Below are positions 1 to 9,652 of a stretch of DNA of 64,000 nucleotides, one piece after another. Positions within the stretch are counted from its first letter, which is position 1, and every line of letters begins with the position of its first letter. The stretch covers positions 480,001-544,000 of the forward strand of contig CAVSHB010000002.1 of NCBI GenBank assembly GCA_963727775.1, given 5' to 3'. The position numbers and the translations under genes are program-made. The stretch comes from an uncultured Nitrospiraceae bacterium. Its GTDB lineage: Bacteria; Nitrospirota; Thermodesulfovibrionia; Thermodesulfovibrionales; SM23-35. Below the pieces are notes generated by a model, which worked only from the letters and a program-made list of their open reading frames with translations, had not been told where the DNA came from and did not search any database.

Positions 1-1914
1 AAAAAGGTATTTAAATATGTTCAAGGGTTCGACGAAAGCTTTGATATCTATGAGGATTGGGATTTATTAATAAGGATTGCGGAGAAGTATCCTTTTTATC
101 ACATCAAAAAAATAACTGTTGAATATGTACAATGGAGCAGCAGTTTGCAGGTCGCGCAGACTATTAAATATTCGGAAAAAGCCAATGCGGCCCATAAGAA
201 AATAATAAACAAGCACAGAGAGAGATTTACAAATGAAATCATCAGGGGGCTCATACAGAATAGGAGACAGAGCCAAAAGATAACTGAGGAAAATGAACAC
301 TTAAAAAATTACATATCCAGTATTGAAGATATCATTATGCAAAAAGAAGGGATCGGGGATTCGGTAAACGGGATAGGCATATCCAGTCTCTCTTCCATCA
401 TCAGACAGAGTCAAGAACAGATACAGCAGAAGGAAGAACACATACAGCACCTCGATTCAGTAATAAAATATAAAGAGACCCTCCTTAACCTGGTTTATAA
501 CTCACGCGGCTGGAGGCTCCTGTCACGGTATTATAAGGTCAGAGACAGAATATTCCCCGCTGATTCCAGGAAAAAGCTTCTTTATGACCTTTGTTTTATT
601 GCTCTCGAAAACCCCCGGGGGTTTTTAAAAGGTCTGAACAGAGATAATTTGAGTAAATTTTTCCGGCAGTACGGATTGCTTAGACCTTCTGAGATCGAAA
701 GCAAGGTAAAAAGAAAGGTCATGTTCAATACGTTCAAGGAAGTGGAGACCGCGAAGGATACGACTATTAAGAGTGAAGACACGCTGTATGACGCGGCTGA
801 TTACGCGCCCTTCCTAAAAAAGAACAACGTCCTTGTCGTTGACCGTTTTCTACCTACCTATGATAAGGATTCAGGGTCGCTGAGGATGTTTTCTTTTCTC
901 AGGATATTGAGCGACCTCGGGTATAAGGTCACGTTCTTGCCTGATGACCTGCAGGCGAAACAGCCGTATATGGATGATCTGCAGAACATGGGAATAGAGG
1001 TAGTGCATGGAAATCTTGACATCGAAAAATATCTTAAGAACATGGGAGGCGTTTTTTCTTATGTAATACTGTCGAGGCCCGAACAGACCTTTAAATATAT
1101 CCCCCTCATGAGGGCCTATGCCATCAACAGTACGATTGCTTATGATACCGTTGACCTGCACTGGCTGAGGTTTGAAAGGGCCGCAGCCATTAACGGCAAT
1201 AAGGAATTTCGTGAAAAGGCGAAGCAGTATAAAGCTATGGAACTCTTCAACGCCTCGTGTTCCGATGTAGTATTGACCGTTACCGGAGATGAAAAGGAAT
1301 TCCTGTTAAAGGAAAACTCCGAGTTAAAGGTGGAGGTGATACCCAACATCCATGAAGTTTTCAAGGATGTAAAACCTTTTGCTGAAAGAAAGGACATAAT
1401 GTTTATCGGCAGTTTCCTTCATCATCCGAATGAAGACGCTATTTTATTTTTTGTGAAAGAGATTTTCCACAGGATAAAGAAAAAAATACCGGACATGCGT
1501 TTTTTTGTCGTCGGCAGTGATCCCATGGATGCCATTTTAAAGCTTGATTCGAAAGACATTAAGGTGACCGGGTACGTGAAAGACGTTACTCCTTATTTTA
1601 AGAATTGCCGCGTCTTTGTGGCTCCTTTGCGATATGGCGCGGGCATGAAGGGAAAAGTCGGACAGAGCATGGCATACGGGCTGCCTGTAGTGACGACAAA
1701 GATCGGTGCTGAAGGAATAGGGCTTATCGATAATGAAACCGCTTTGATTGCAGATGATCCGGAGGGTTTTGCAAATTCTGTGATAAGGTTATATACAGAC
1801 GAAGAACTCTGGAACAGGGTTTCAGAGAGATCGATTGAGCATATAGAAATGAATTATTCTAAAGAGGTTGTCGGCAAAAAAGTCGCTGATCTTTTGAACT
1901 CCTTCGAGTTATAA
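1..1914 (+). CDS. Multidomain glycosyltransferase (GT2 C-terminal part, short coiled coil, GT4-like domain); 5' end lies outside the window
   Basis: Frame is open from base 1 (KKVFKYVQGFDESFDIYEDWDLL..., paralogous to the next gene). C-terminal GT4-type motifs DKDSGSLR and APLRYGAGMKGKV...YGLPVVTT. Confidence 0.85.
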   Translation, partial: KKVFKYVQGFDESFDIYEDWDLLIRIAEKYPFYHIKKITVEYVQWSSSLQVAQTIKYSEKANAAHKKIINKHRERFTNEIIRGLIQNRRQSQKITEENEHLKNYISSIEDIIMQKEGIGDSVNGIGISSLSSIIRQSQEQIQQKEEHIQHLDSVIKYKETLLNLVYNSRGWRLLSRYYKVRDRIFPADSRKKLLYDLCFIALENPRGFLKGLNRDNLSKFFRQYGLLRPSEIESKVKRKVMFNTFKEVETAKDTTIKSEDTLYDAADYAPFLKKNNVLVVDRFLPTYDKDSGSLRMFSFLRILSDLGYKVTFLPDDLQAKQPYMDDLQNMGIEVVHGNLDIEKYLKNMGGVFSYVILSRPEQTFKYIPLMRAYAINSTIAYDTVDLHWLRFERAAAINGNKEFREKAKQYKAMELFNASCSDVVLTVTGDEKEFLLKENSELKVEVIPNIHEVFKDVKPFAERKDIMFIGSFLHHPNEDAILFFVKEIFHRIKKKIPDMRFFVVGSDPMDAILKLDSKDIKVTGYVKDVTPYFKNCRVFVAPLRYGAGMKGKVGQSMAYGLPVVTTKIGAEGIGLIDNETALIADDPEGFANSVIRLYTDEELWNRVSERSIEHIEMNYSKEVVGKKVADLLNSFEL

Positions 1915-1917
1915 AGG

Positions 1918-4900
1918 TTGTCCCGCATGAGAAAGAAAAACCCGTTAGTCTCTGTAATCGTTAGGACAAAAGACAGGCCGATACTTTTGAAAAAGGCCAT
2001 TCAGAGTATCGCCGCCCAGACATACCGCCCCATTGAAGTGGTGCTTGTAAATGACGGAGGATGTGACCTTGACATTGAAGAGTTGAAACGCATGCTTGGA
2101 GATGTATCTTTAAATTATAAAAAGCTCGAGGTGAATAAAGGCAGGGCCCATGCCGGCAATCAGGGGATCGAAAATGCAAAGGGCGCATATATAGGGTTCC
2201 TGGATGACGATGATGTGTTTTATAAAGACCACCTGGCTGTTCTGGTAAATATATTAGAGAAATATGATCATAGGGTCGCCTATACCGATGCGGACATCAG
2301 CTTCCATGATTTTGACCCTGGAAATGAAGAAATCATAACAAAAATCAAAAGACTTTTTTCTTCAAAGGAATTTTCCTACAGAGAGCTTTTGATCGATAAT
2401 TACATCCCCCTCATATGCCTTCTCTTTTCAAAGGAAATATTTAAAGATATCGGGGGGTTCGACGAGAGCTTTGATATCTATGAGGATTGGGACCTATTGG
2501 TACGTATTGCAGAAAAACATCCTTTTTATCACGTTGGGAAAACAACGGTTGAATATGTCCAGTGGAGCAAGAACCTGCAGATATCTCAAACGCCTGAATT
2601 TATCGACAGAGCAAACGCGGCCCATATTGAGATAATAAATAAGCATAAAGGGAAATTTACTGCTGAAGTTCTTAGAAGCCTTGTGCATGACAGAAGGGCG
2701 CTCAGCGAAAGAAACGGGCGTATAAATGACCTCGAACGGGGTATGCAAGCAAAGCATGGCCAAGTGGCTAATATCGAGAAGGTTGTGCAGGAGCGTGGAG
2801 ATCATATTGCTGCTCTTGAAAATGCAATTCACGAGAAGGAAACCCATGCAGCCGATCTTGAGAAGGTTGTGCAGGAGCGCGGAGATCATATTGCTGCTCT
2901 TGAAAATGCAATTCACGAGAAGGAAACCCATGCAGCCGATCTTGAGAAGGTTGTGCAGGAGCGCGGAGATCATATTGCTGCTCTTGAAAATGCAATTCAC
3001 GAGAAGGAAACCCATGCAGCCGATCTTGAGAAGGTTGTGCAGGAGCGCGGAGATCATATTGCTGCTCTTGAAAATACGGTTCAGGAAAGGGAAAGCTATA
3101 TAGCTTCTCTCGGGAAGACAATACAGGAAAGGGAAGGCCGCATAGCCGATCTTGAGAAGGTCGTGCAGGAGCGTGGCGATCATATTGCCGGTCTTAAGAA
3201 TACAATTCAGGAGAGGGAAGCCTATATAGCTTCTCTCGGGAAGACGGTCAGTGAGAGAGAAAGGCGTATAGCAAATCTCGAAAAGACTGTCCAGGATAGG
3301 GATAGCCAAATAACCGACCTCGGTAAAATCATGCAGGACACAAAGGTCCGGTCGGACAGGCTTGAAAAAATGCTGGCGGAGAGAGAAAGCCGGATATCAG
3401 ACCTCGAAACGACATTGCAGGCAAATTATGTCCGCATATCCGGGCTCGATGAAATAATACAGAAAAAAGAAGCATCTATAAGTAATCTTGAAAGAACAAT
3501 TCAGGACAAAGAAAATCAAATACAGTATCTTGAGAAGAAGATCGATGACAATACAGATGTCATAAGTAATCTTGAACAAAGCTTGCAAGACAAAGATAAT
3601 CTCATTGCTAAACGGGATAAAACGATTCATGAGAAAGAAGAGCATATTGTCTATCTTGAGCATGCAATGAGAGAAAAAGAAATTCGTATTGTTGATCTCG
3701 ATAAGACCTTAGCGGAGAAAGATACCCGTATTGCCGACCTCGATGAGATAGTCCGGGAGAAGAATGTGTCAATAATGAACCTTGGAAGTACCAGGGATGG
3801 GCTTGAAAAACTGATTCAGGAAAAAGAAGCGGCATTGACCCGGATTTACAATTCTAACGGATGGAAAGGACTTTTGTTCTATTACAAAACAAGAGATATC
3901 CTGTTGCCTCCTGAGACAGCACAAAGGGCCCTGGTGAAATCGTCTGTGCGGGGTATTGGCAGCATAATAAGAAAAGCCAAAGATATGAATATAAGGGAAT
4001 CCTTTTCAAAGACCATTTCTTCTTTACAGGACAAATTCAGGCAAAAGCCCTTTGCAAAATCCCCTCTGGATTTTACTGCATTCCCACCTGTTGCCGGGGA
4101 TGTTGAGATTAAGAGTGTCCCGGACGGCGGGACTGTTTACGGGGATCAAAGGACTACTTTTGAGGCGCGAAAAAAGACCGCACAGATCAAAAAAAGAGCG
4201 AAGAAACAGAATATGAAAAAAGACAATGTTCTTGTGACCGGTATCTATCTCGCCAACCAGGCAAATGCAATAGAACATATAGTCACTCAACTGAATCAAT
4301 CTGAAAATTATAAAGTTATACAGAAATGGGCAGCTTTATTCGGTGACGCGCCGTCACAGACTGTGAAGGCAGTGACAACTCTTAAAATAGAAAACCCGCA
4401 GCCCAAGTTTGTGCTCCTCAATAAGATCCTGTCAGCGGAGGAGTTAAATAAGTACAGATATATTGTAATATGTGATGACGACATCCGTCTGTGTGATGAT
4501 TTCCTCGACAATTTTTTGGATTTTCAGGAGGAATATGATTTTGCGCTGGCACAGCCTGCGAGGACGCATAACAGCTATATAGACCATCCATTCGTGGAGC
4601 AGTTCGAAGGACTCAAAGCGAGAAGGACACGCTTTGTAGAGATCGGCCCTTTGGTCTCTATAAGGCGGGATGCCTTCTCCGCCCTTTTGCCTTTCGATGA
4701 GAGTTCATATATGGGATGGGGATATGACTTTGTATGGCCAGCGCTTATCGAAAAAATGGGACTGCGCATGGGTATAATCGATGCCGCACCCATTGAACAC
4801 AGTATGCGAAAACCGGTAAAGAATTATAACTACGACCAGGCAAACAAATCGAATCAGGATTATCTTTCCAGAAACCCGCATTTATCAAAAGAAGAAGCAT

Positions 4901-4926
4901 TCACAATACTTGAATCGTATGCGTAA
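1918..4926 (+). CDS. GT2 glycosyltransferase with long coiled coil and C-terminal DUF707-like/GT-A domain
   Basis: N-terminal VSVIVRTKDRP...VNDGG...FLDDDD; about 380 aa heptad region; C-terminal DDDI...AQPA...TRFVEIGP...GWGYDFVWP. Start may be ATG 1927. Confidence 0.85.
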   Translation: MSRMRKKNPLVSVIVRTKDRPILLKKAIQSIAAQTYRPIEVVLVNDGGCDLDIEELKRMLGDVSLNYKKLEVNKGRAHAGNQGIENAKGAYIGFLDDDDVFYKDHLAVLVNILEKYDHRVAYTDADISFHDFDPGNEEIITKIKRLFSSKEFSYRELLIDNYIPLICLLFSKEIFKDIGGFDESFDIYEDWDLLVRIAEKHPFYHVGKTTVEYVQWSKNLQISQTPEFIDRANAAHIEIINKHKGKFTAEVLRSLVHDRRALSERNGRINDLERGMQAKHGQVANIEKVVQERGDHIAALENAIHEKETHAADLEKVVQERGDHIAALENAIHEKETHAADLEKVVQERGDHIAALENAIHEKETHAADLEKVVQERGDHIAALENTVQERESYIASLGKTIQEREGRIADLEKVVQERGDHIAGLKNTIQEREAYIASLGKTVSERERRIANLEKTVQDRDSQITDLGKIMQDTKVRSDRLEKMLAERESRISDLETTLQANYVRISGLDEIIQKKEASISNLERTIQDKENQIQYLEKKIDDNTDVISNLEQSLQDKDNLIAKRDKTIHEKEEHIVYLEHAMREKEIRIVDLDKTLAEKDTRIADLDEIVREKNVSIMNLGSTRDGLEKLIQEKEAALTRIYNSNGWKGLLFYYKTRDILLPPETAQRALVKSSVRGIGSIIRKAKDMNIRESFSKTISSLQDKFRQKPFAKSPLDFTAFPPVAGDVEIKSVPDGGTVYGDQRTTFEARKKTAQIKKRAKKQNMKKDNVLVTGIYLANQANAIEHIVTQLNQSENYKVIQKWAALFGDAPSQTVKAVTTLKIENPQPKFVLLNKILSAEELNKYRYIVICDDDIRLCDDFLDNFLDFQEEYDFALAQPARTHNSYIDHPFVEQFEGLKARRTRFVEIGPLVSIRRDAFSALLPFDESSYMGWGYDFVWPALIEKMGLRMGIIDAAPIEHSMRKPVKNYNYDQANKSNQDYLSRNPHLSKEEAFTILESYA
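2776..3075 (+). repeat. 84-bp (28-aa) intragenic tandem repeat, about 3.5 near-identical copies, followed by degenerate copies to about 3290
   Basis: gagaaggttgtgcaggagcg starts at 2776, 2860, 2944 and 3028; a variant starts at 3154. Confidence 0.95.
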
Positions 4927-5010
4927 GAGGTACCTATAAAGGTGAAGCTCAACACTCTTTCTGGGAAAATAAATTCGGGGCTGATCTCCGGGAAATTTTT
5001 AAGTTTATAG

Positions 5011-7701
5011 CTACACTTTTTTTTGAAAAACAGCAAACATTTCAGTCGGCCGCAATCTGCTTTCTTCTATTTGCTGCAAATCCAGATTAAATAGATATTC
5101 GAGATAATTCTTGTCTTCTTCTTTCTCCGGATCCATGTTTGTCCCGATATATTTATTGGTACATATAATCCTGCTGAATGCTCCATATTTAAAACATTTT
5201 ATGGCCTTAAAATACTTAAGAATTTCGGGTTCGATTTCCTCCTGCCGGATACCCTCCATACCTCTGAAAACGTCAATTGGTGGAATTATCTCGTCGATGT
5301 TGAGTATGCCGGATTTGTATTCCAACGGCATCTGTTCGATAATGCTTTTTGCGAAGTCGATATTTTCTTCCCAAAAAACAACTCTATTCCTGCCTATTAT
5401 GTCCAAGACTATAAATCTTCCGCCCTGCTTTAAACCTCTACTTATTTGAAGCATCAGATTCTCAAGATTAATTACATGATGTATGGAAGAGTGAGCATAA
5501 ATAATGTCAAAACTTTTTTCTTTGATTTGCAAGAAATTAAGATCGGCTGTTTCGAAATTTACATTAAGATCGTTTGTCTTGGCTTCATCAGCAGCCTTAG
5601 AAAAAATCTGCTGGTTAATATCAATGGCAACTATTTCATAAGGCTTATTTAAAGATTTTGCTATATTTAATTCATGTCCTCCATATCCACAGCCGAGACT
5701 TAGAATTTTCGGATTTTCGATACTGTTGGCAAATGATGTAACTTCGCTAAATAGGCTCGTCTTCCAAATTTTCTCTGAAAGAAACCTAAACCAATAATCC
5801 CATGCCTTTAGGGCGTTGATTCCACCTTCACCTAAATCATCCCTATTTCCTATATTGAAATAGTCAACAAATCCTTTTTTTTGAAAAACAGCAAACATTT
5901 CAGTCGGCCGCAATCTGCTTTCTTCTATTTGCTGCAAATCCAGATTAAATAGATATTCGAGATAATTCTTGTCTTCTTCTTTCTCCGGATCCATGTTTGT
6001 CCCGATATATTTATTGGTACATATAATCCTGCTGAATGCTCCATATTTAAAACATTTTATGGCCTTAAAATACTTAAGAATTTCGGGTTCGATTTCCTCC
6101 TGCCGGATACCCTCCATACCTCTGAAAACGTCAATTGGTGGAATTATCTCGTCGATGTTGAGTATGCCGGATTTGTATTCCAACGGCATCTGTTCGATAA
6201 TGCTTTTTGCGAAGTCGATATTTTCTTCCCAAAAAACAACTCTATTCCTGCCTATTATGTCCAAGACTATAAATCTTCCGCCCTGCTTTAAACCTCTACT
6301 TATTTGAAGCATCAGATTCTCAAGATTAATTACATGATGTATGGAAGAGTGAGCATAAATAATGTCAAAACTTTTTTCTTTGATTTGCAAGAAATTAAGA
6401 TCGGCTGTTTCGAAATTTACATTAAGATCGTTTGTCTTGGCTTCATCAGCAGCCTTAGAAAAAATCTGCTGGTTAATATCAATGGCAACTATTTCATAAG
6501 GCTTATTTAAAGATTTTGCTATATTTAATTCATGTCCTCCATATCCACAGCCGAGACTTAGAATTTTCGGATTTTCGATACTGTTGGCAAATGATGTAAC
6601 TTCGCTAAATAGTTCCGTCTTCCAAATTTTCTCTGAAAGAAACCTAAACCAATAATCCCATGCCTTTAGGGCGTTGATTCCACCTTCACCTAAATCATCC
6701 CTATTTCCTATATTGAAATAGTCAACAAATCCTTTTTTTTGAAAAACAGCAAACATTTCAGTCGGCCGCAATCTGCTTTCTTCTATTTGCTGCAAATCCA
6801 GATTAAATAGATATTCGAGATAATTCTTGTCTTCTTCTTTCTCCGGATCCATGTTTGTCCCGATATATTTATTGGTACATATAATCCTGCTGAATGCTCC
6901 ATATTTAAAACATTTTATGGCCTTAAAATACTTAAGAATTTCGGGTTCGATTTCCTCCTGCCGGATACCCTCCATACCTCTGAAAACGTCAATTGGTGGA
7001 ATTATCTCGTCGATGTTGAGTATGCCGGATTTGTATTCCAACGGCATCTGTTCGATAATGCTTTTTGCGAAGTCGATATTTTCTTCCCAAAAAACAACTC
7101 TATTCCTGCCTATTATGTCCAAGACTATAAATCTTCCGCCCTGCTTTAAACCTCTACTTATTTGAAGCATCAGATTCTCAAGATTAATTACATGATGTAT
7201 GGAAGAGTGAGCATAAATAATGTCAAAACTTTTTTCTTTGATTTGCAAGAAATTAAGATCGGCTGTTTCGAAATTTACATTAAGATCGTTTGTCTTGGCT
7301 TCATCAGCAGCCTTAGAAAAAATCTGCTGGTTAATATCAATGGCAACTATTTCATAAGGCTTATTTAAAGATTTTGCTATATTTAATTCATATCCTCCAT
7401 ATCCACAGCCGAGACTTAGAATTTTCGGATTTTCGATACTGTTGGCAAATGATGTAACTTCGCTAAATAGTTCCGTCTTCCAAATTTTCTCTGAAAGAAA
7501 CCTAAACCAATAATCCCATGCCTTAATAGCATGAATCCCGCCTTCCCGTAAATCATCTCTGATTTCTATATTGCAATATTCATCAAGTTCCTCTTCTACC
7601 AGTTTTTCATAGTCATAATTTCTCGTTAAATCCTTCTGAATATTTTGGTCAACGGATACAAAGTGTTCGGTTGGCCGATCTTCAGGTATTTCTTTAATCA
7701 C
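5011..7701 (-). CDS. Class I SAM-dependent methyltransferase, three tandem domains in one ORF
   Basis: Motif I LSLGCGYGG, FDIIYAHSSIHHV and LKQGGRF each occur three times. Confidence 0.85.
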   Translation of the reverse strand: MIKEIPEDRPTEHFVSVDQNIQKDLTRNYDYEKLVEEELDEYCNIEIRDDLREGGIHAIKAWDYWFRFLSEKIWKTELFSEVTSFANSIENPKILSLGCGYGGYELNIAKSLNKPYEIVAIDINQQIFSKAADEAKTNDLNVNFETADLNFLQIKEKSFDIIYAHSSIHHVINLENLMLQISRGLKQGGRFIVLDIIGRNRVVFWEENIDFAKSIIEQMPLEYKSGILNIDEIIPPIDVFRGMEGIRQEEIEPEILKYFKAIKCFKYGAFSRIICTNKYIGTNMDPEKEEDKNYLEYLFNLDLQQIEESRLRPTEMFAVFQKKGFVDYFNIGNRDDLGEGGINALKAWDYWFRFLSEKIWKTELFSEVTSFANSIENPKILSLGCGYGGHELNIAKSLNKPYEIVAIDINQQIFSKAADEAKTNDLNVNFETADLNFLQIKEKSFDIIYAHSSIHHVINLENLMLQISRGLKQGGRFIVLDIIGRNRVVFWEENIDFAKSIIEQMPLEYKSGILNIDEIIPPIDVFRGMEGIRQEEIEPEILKYFKAIKCFKYGAFSRIICTNKYIGTNMDPEKEEDKNYLEYLFNLDLQQIEESRLRPTEMFAVFQKKGFVDYFNIGNRDDLGEGGINALKAWDYWFRFLSEKIWKTSLFSEVTSFANSIENPKILSLGCGYGGHELNIAKSLNKPYEIVAIDINQQIFSKAADEAKTNDLNVNFETADLNFLQIKEKSFDIIYAHSSIHHVINLENLMLQISRGLKQGGRFIVLDIIGRNRVVFWEENIDFAKSIIEQMPLEYKSGILNIDEIIPPIDVFRGMEGIRQEEIEPEILKYFKAIKCFKYGAFSRIICTNKYIGTNMDPEKEEDKNYLEYLFNLDLQQIEESRLRPTEMFAVFQKKV
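5016..7524. repeat. 858-bp direct tandem repeat, about 3 near-identical copies
   Basis: Units begin at 5017, 5875 and 6733; the same spurious ORFs recur at an 858-bp offset in the ORF track. Confidence 0.97.
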
Positions 7702-8305
7702 GATTTTTTCTGTAGTTTCGTTGTTATAGTCGGGTCAAAAACCGCTAATGTTTTTTAGTAGATTTTACGTCTATCTGAAAATAACTTTCAGAAAATCTCC
7801 ATCTCAGGAGTATTAATGCCGTCATCATATTAACCCGAACCAAAGTACTATTATTGATGATTTTAGCAAAATCTTCGGTCAAATTCTATGAATATTTTTG
7901 CAATGCAGCAATTCTGTAATAAAGTCTTGATAGGAGGATTTTAATGGGGATGAAGATTCCAATATATTTTTTTGAAGACTTCAGAAAATCAATGGCCATG
8001 AGTTATAATACTGCCGGCATTGTCATACCCCGTCTATCGGGAAGATGCTTAGGTTATATGCAGAGGAAAAAGTTCTGTGCGTCAGTTAATTATACTGAAG
8101 CAATATGGCAGCTTTTAGGTTTTTTTAAAATGGAACTTTTTATGTAATCAATACAACCCTATAATAATGAGGACAAAGGCAAAATTAATTGCCTTGTGAA
8201 TATATGCCGTAAATTCTTAAAGGAGGTGAATACAACAGGGTTAGCACATAACCGATGTTTTATTGCATTGTGGAAAATAAGTAAATTTAAAGAGGAGATT
8301 TTGAA

Positions 8306-8881
8306 ATGAAAAAATTGGGGATGGTATTAATGCTGGCTTTGACAGTGAGTTTATTCTGTTGTACAGAGAAACCAAAAGGAGGTACATCAAAAGAAAGTAC
8401 AATTCCTTCTCCTCCGGTTTCGTCCATGAAGTTTGGCTTTGAAGATGGGATTCAGGATTGGAAAGCGATGGGGAAAGCTCAGCTTTCGCAAACTACAGTC
8501 AAACATAAAACTGGAAAAGCAAGTTTGGAAATAAAAGGAATCGGGCAGGCCGGACTTTGGGGTTTTGCAAGGTCCAAGCAAATTAGTGTGTTCCCGGGGA
8601 AACATTATAAGCTTAGTGGATGGATGCTTATCGATTCTATCAGTGATGATACTTCTTTCTTTAAATGCGAATATTGGAGCGATGGGAATTGGGCCAAAAA
8701 TATAGGAGGTACACAGTATGACCTTAAAAAGAAAGGGGAATGGCAGGAACTGACGGCAGTATGTGATGCGCCTGAAGGAAAAAGCGTAACTTTAAGTATT
8801 GCTGTTGATAAACGTCCTATGGAGAAAGATGTTACTGCAACGCTCTATGTCGATGATGTAAAAATTGAAAAGATCGATTAA
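8306..8881 (+). CDS. Putative lipoprotein with carbohydrate-binding-module-like (galactose-binding fold) domain
   Basis: Signal peptide ending LFCC; FGFEDG..W...HKTGKASL...YKLSGW...GEWQEL...LYVDDVKI pattern typical of CBM4/9-like domains; RBS gaggag. Confidence 0.65.
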   Translation: MKKLGMVLMLALTVSLFCCTEKPKGGTSKESTIPSPPVSSMKFGFEDGIQDWKAMGKAQLSQTTVKHKTGKASLEIKGIGQAGLWGFARSKQISVFPGKHYKLSGWMLIDSISDDTSFFKCEYWSDGNWAKNIGGTQYDLKKKGEWQELTAVCDAPEGKSVTLSIAVDKRPMEKDVTATLYVDDVKIEKID

Positions 8882-9021
8882 TTTTGTGGGACATCGGCAT
8901 ACGATGAGGCGATAGTATCTTTTATTGACAAATAATGAAATGAAGAATCAAGTGAGTCGTAACAAAATCGGTTCGTGAATTTAATTTTGTGTTAATAAGC
9001 TGACTGAACAAAGGTTAAGAA

Positions 9022-9627
9022 ATGAAGGATATCGACAAACTTAGTGAAATCGAAAAATACTTTAATTTACTGAAAAAGACGATTGATAATGTGGATAGAA
9101 TTGAGATAAGTAAATTTATTGATATTATTGAGGAAGCGTACGATAGGGGATCGAATATTTATGTCTGTGGTAATGGAGGGAGTGCCCTGACTGCTTCTCA
9201 TTTTGCCTGTGACTTAAACAAAGGGGCAAGTGGTAATCTAAAAAAGAGATTCCGTGTTGTGCCTCTAACAGATAGTATAGCTACAATAATGGCATATGCA
9301 AATGATATCAGTTATGAGGATATTTTTGCCGAACAACTGAAAAATCATCTAAAAAAGGACGATGTAGTTATAGGGATATCGGGAAGCGGAAACTCCAGGA
9401 ATGTTCTGAAAGCTATAGAAATTGCCAAAAAAAATGGCAATATCACAGTCGGCGTAACGGGGTTCGACGGCGGCAGACTGAGGCATCTCGTTTCTCACAG
9501 CGTTAACGTGAATTGTAATGATATGCAAATTTCTGAAGACGTTCATGTGATTTTATGCCATTTGACAATGAAGATCTTGATGAAAGTATTGGCAGGTGAA
9601 AACTGTCGGCAAGAAGTAACAATGTGA
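9022..9627 (+). CDS. gmhA: Sedoheptulose-7-phosphate isomerase (SIS domain)
   Basis: CGNGGSA..ASHFACDL, ANDISYEDIF, ISGSGNS.NV, TGFDGG, EDVH. Confidence 0.9.
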   Translation: MKDIDKLSEIEKYFNLLKKTIDNVDRIEISKFIDIIEEAYDRGSNIYVCGNGGSALTASHFACDLNKGASGNLKKRFRVVPLTDSIATIMAYANDISYEDIFAEQLKNHLKKDDVVIGISGSGNSRNVLKAIEIAKKNGNITVGVTGFDGGRLRHLVSHSVNVNCNDMQISEDVHVILCHLTMKILMKVLAGENCRQEVTM

Positions 9628-9652
9628 ATACAAGAAAAGCAACCCATAAGCT

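Noticed and set aside
2776..3075. CRISPR array interpretation of the tandem repeats
   Set aside because: Units are contiguous, in frame and lack unique spacers; no cas genes are present.
5111..7368. Repeated + strand ORFs of 112 and 68 aa
   Set aside because: Antisense shadows of the triplicated methyltransferase.
7944..8147. 67-aa ORF with a good RBS (aggagg)
   Set aside because: No recognisable motif or protein-like pattern; cannot be supported as a gene, though not excluded.
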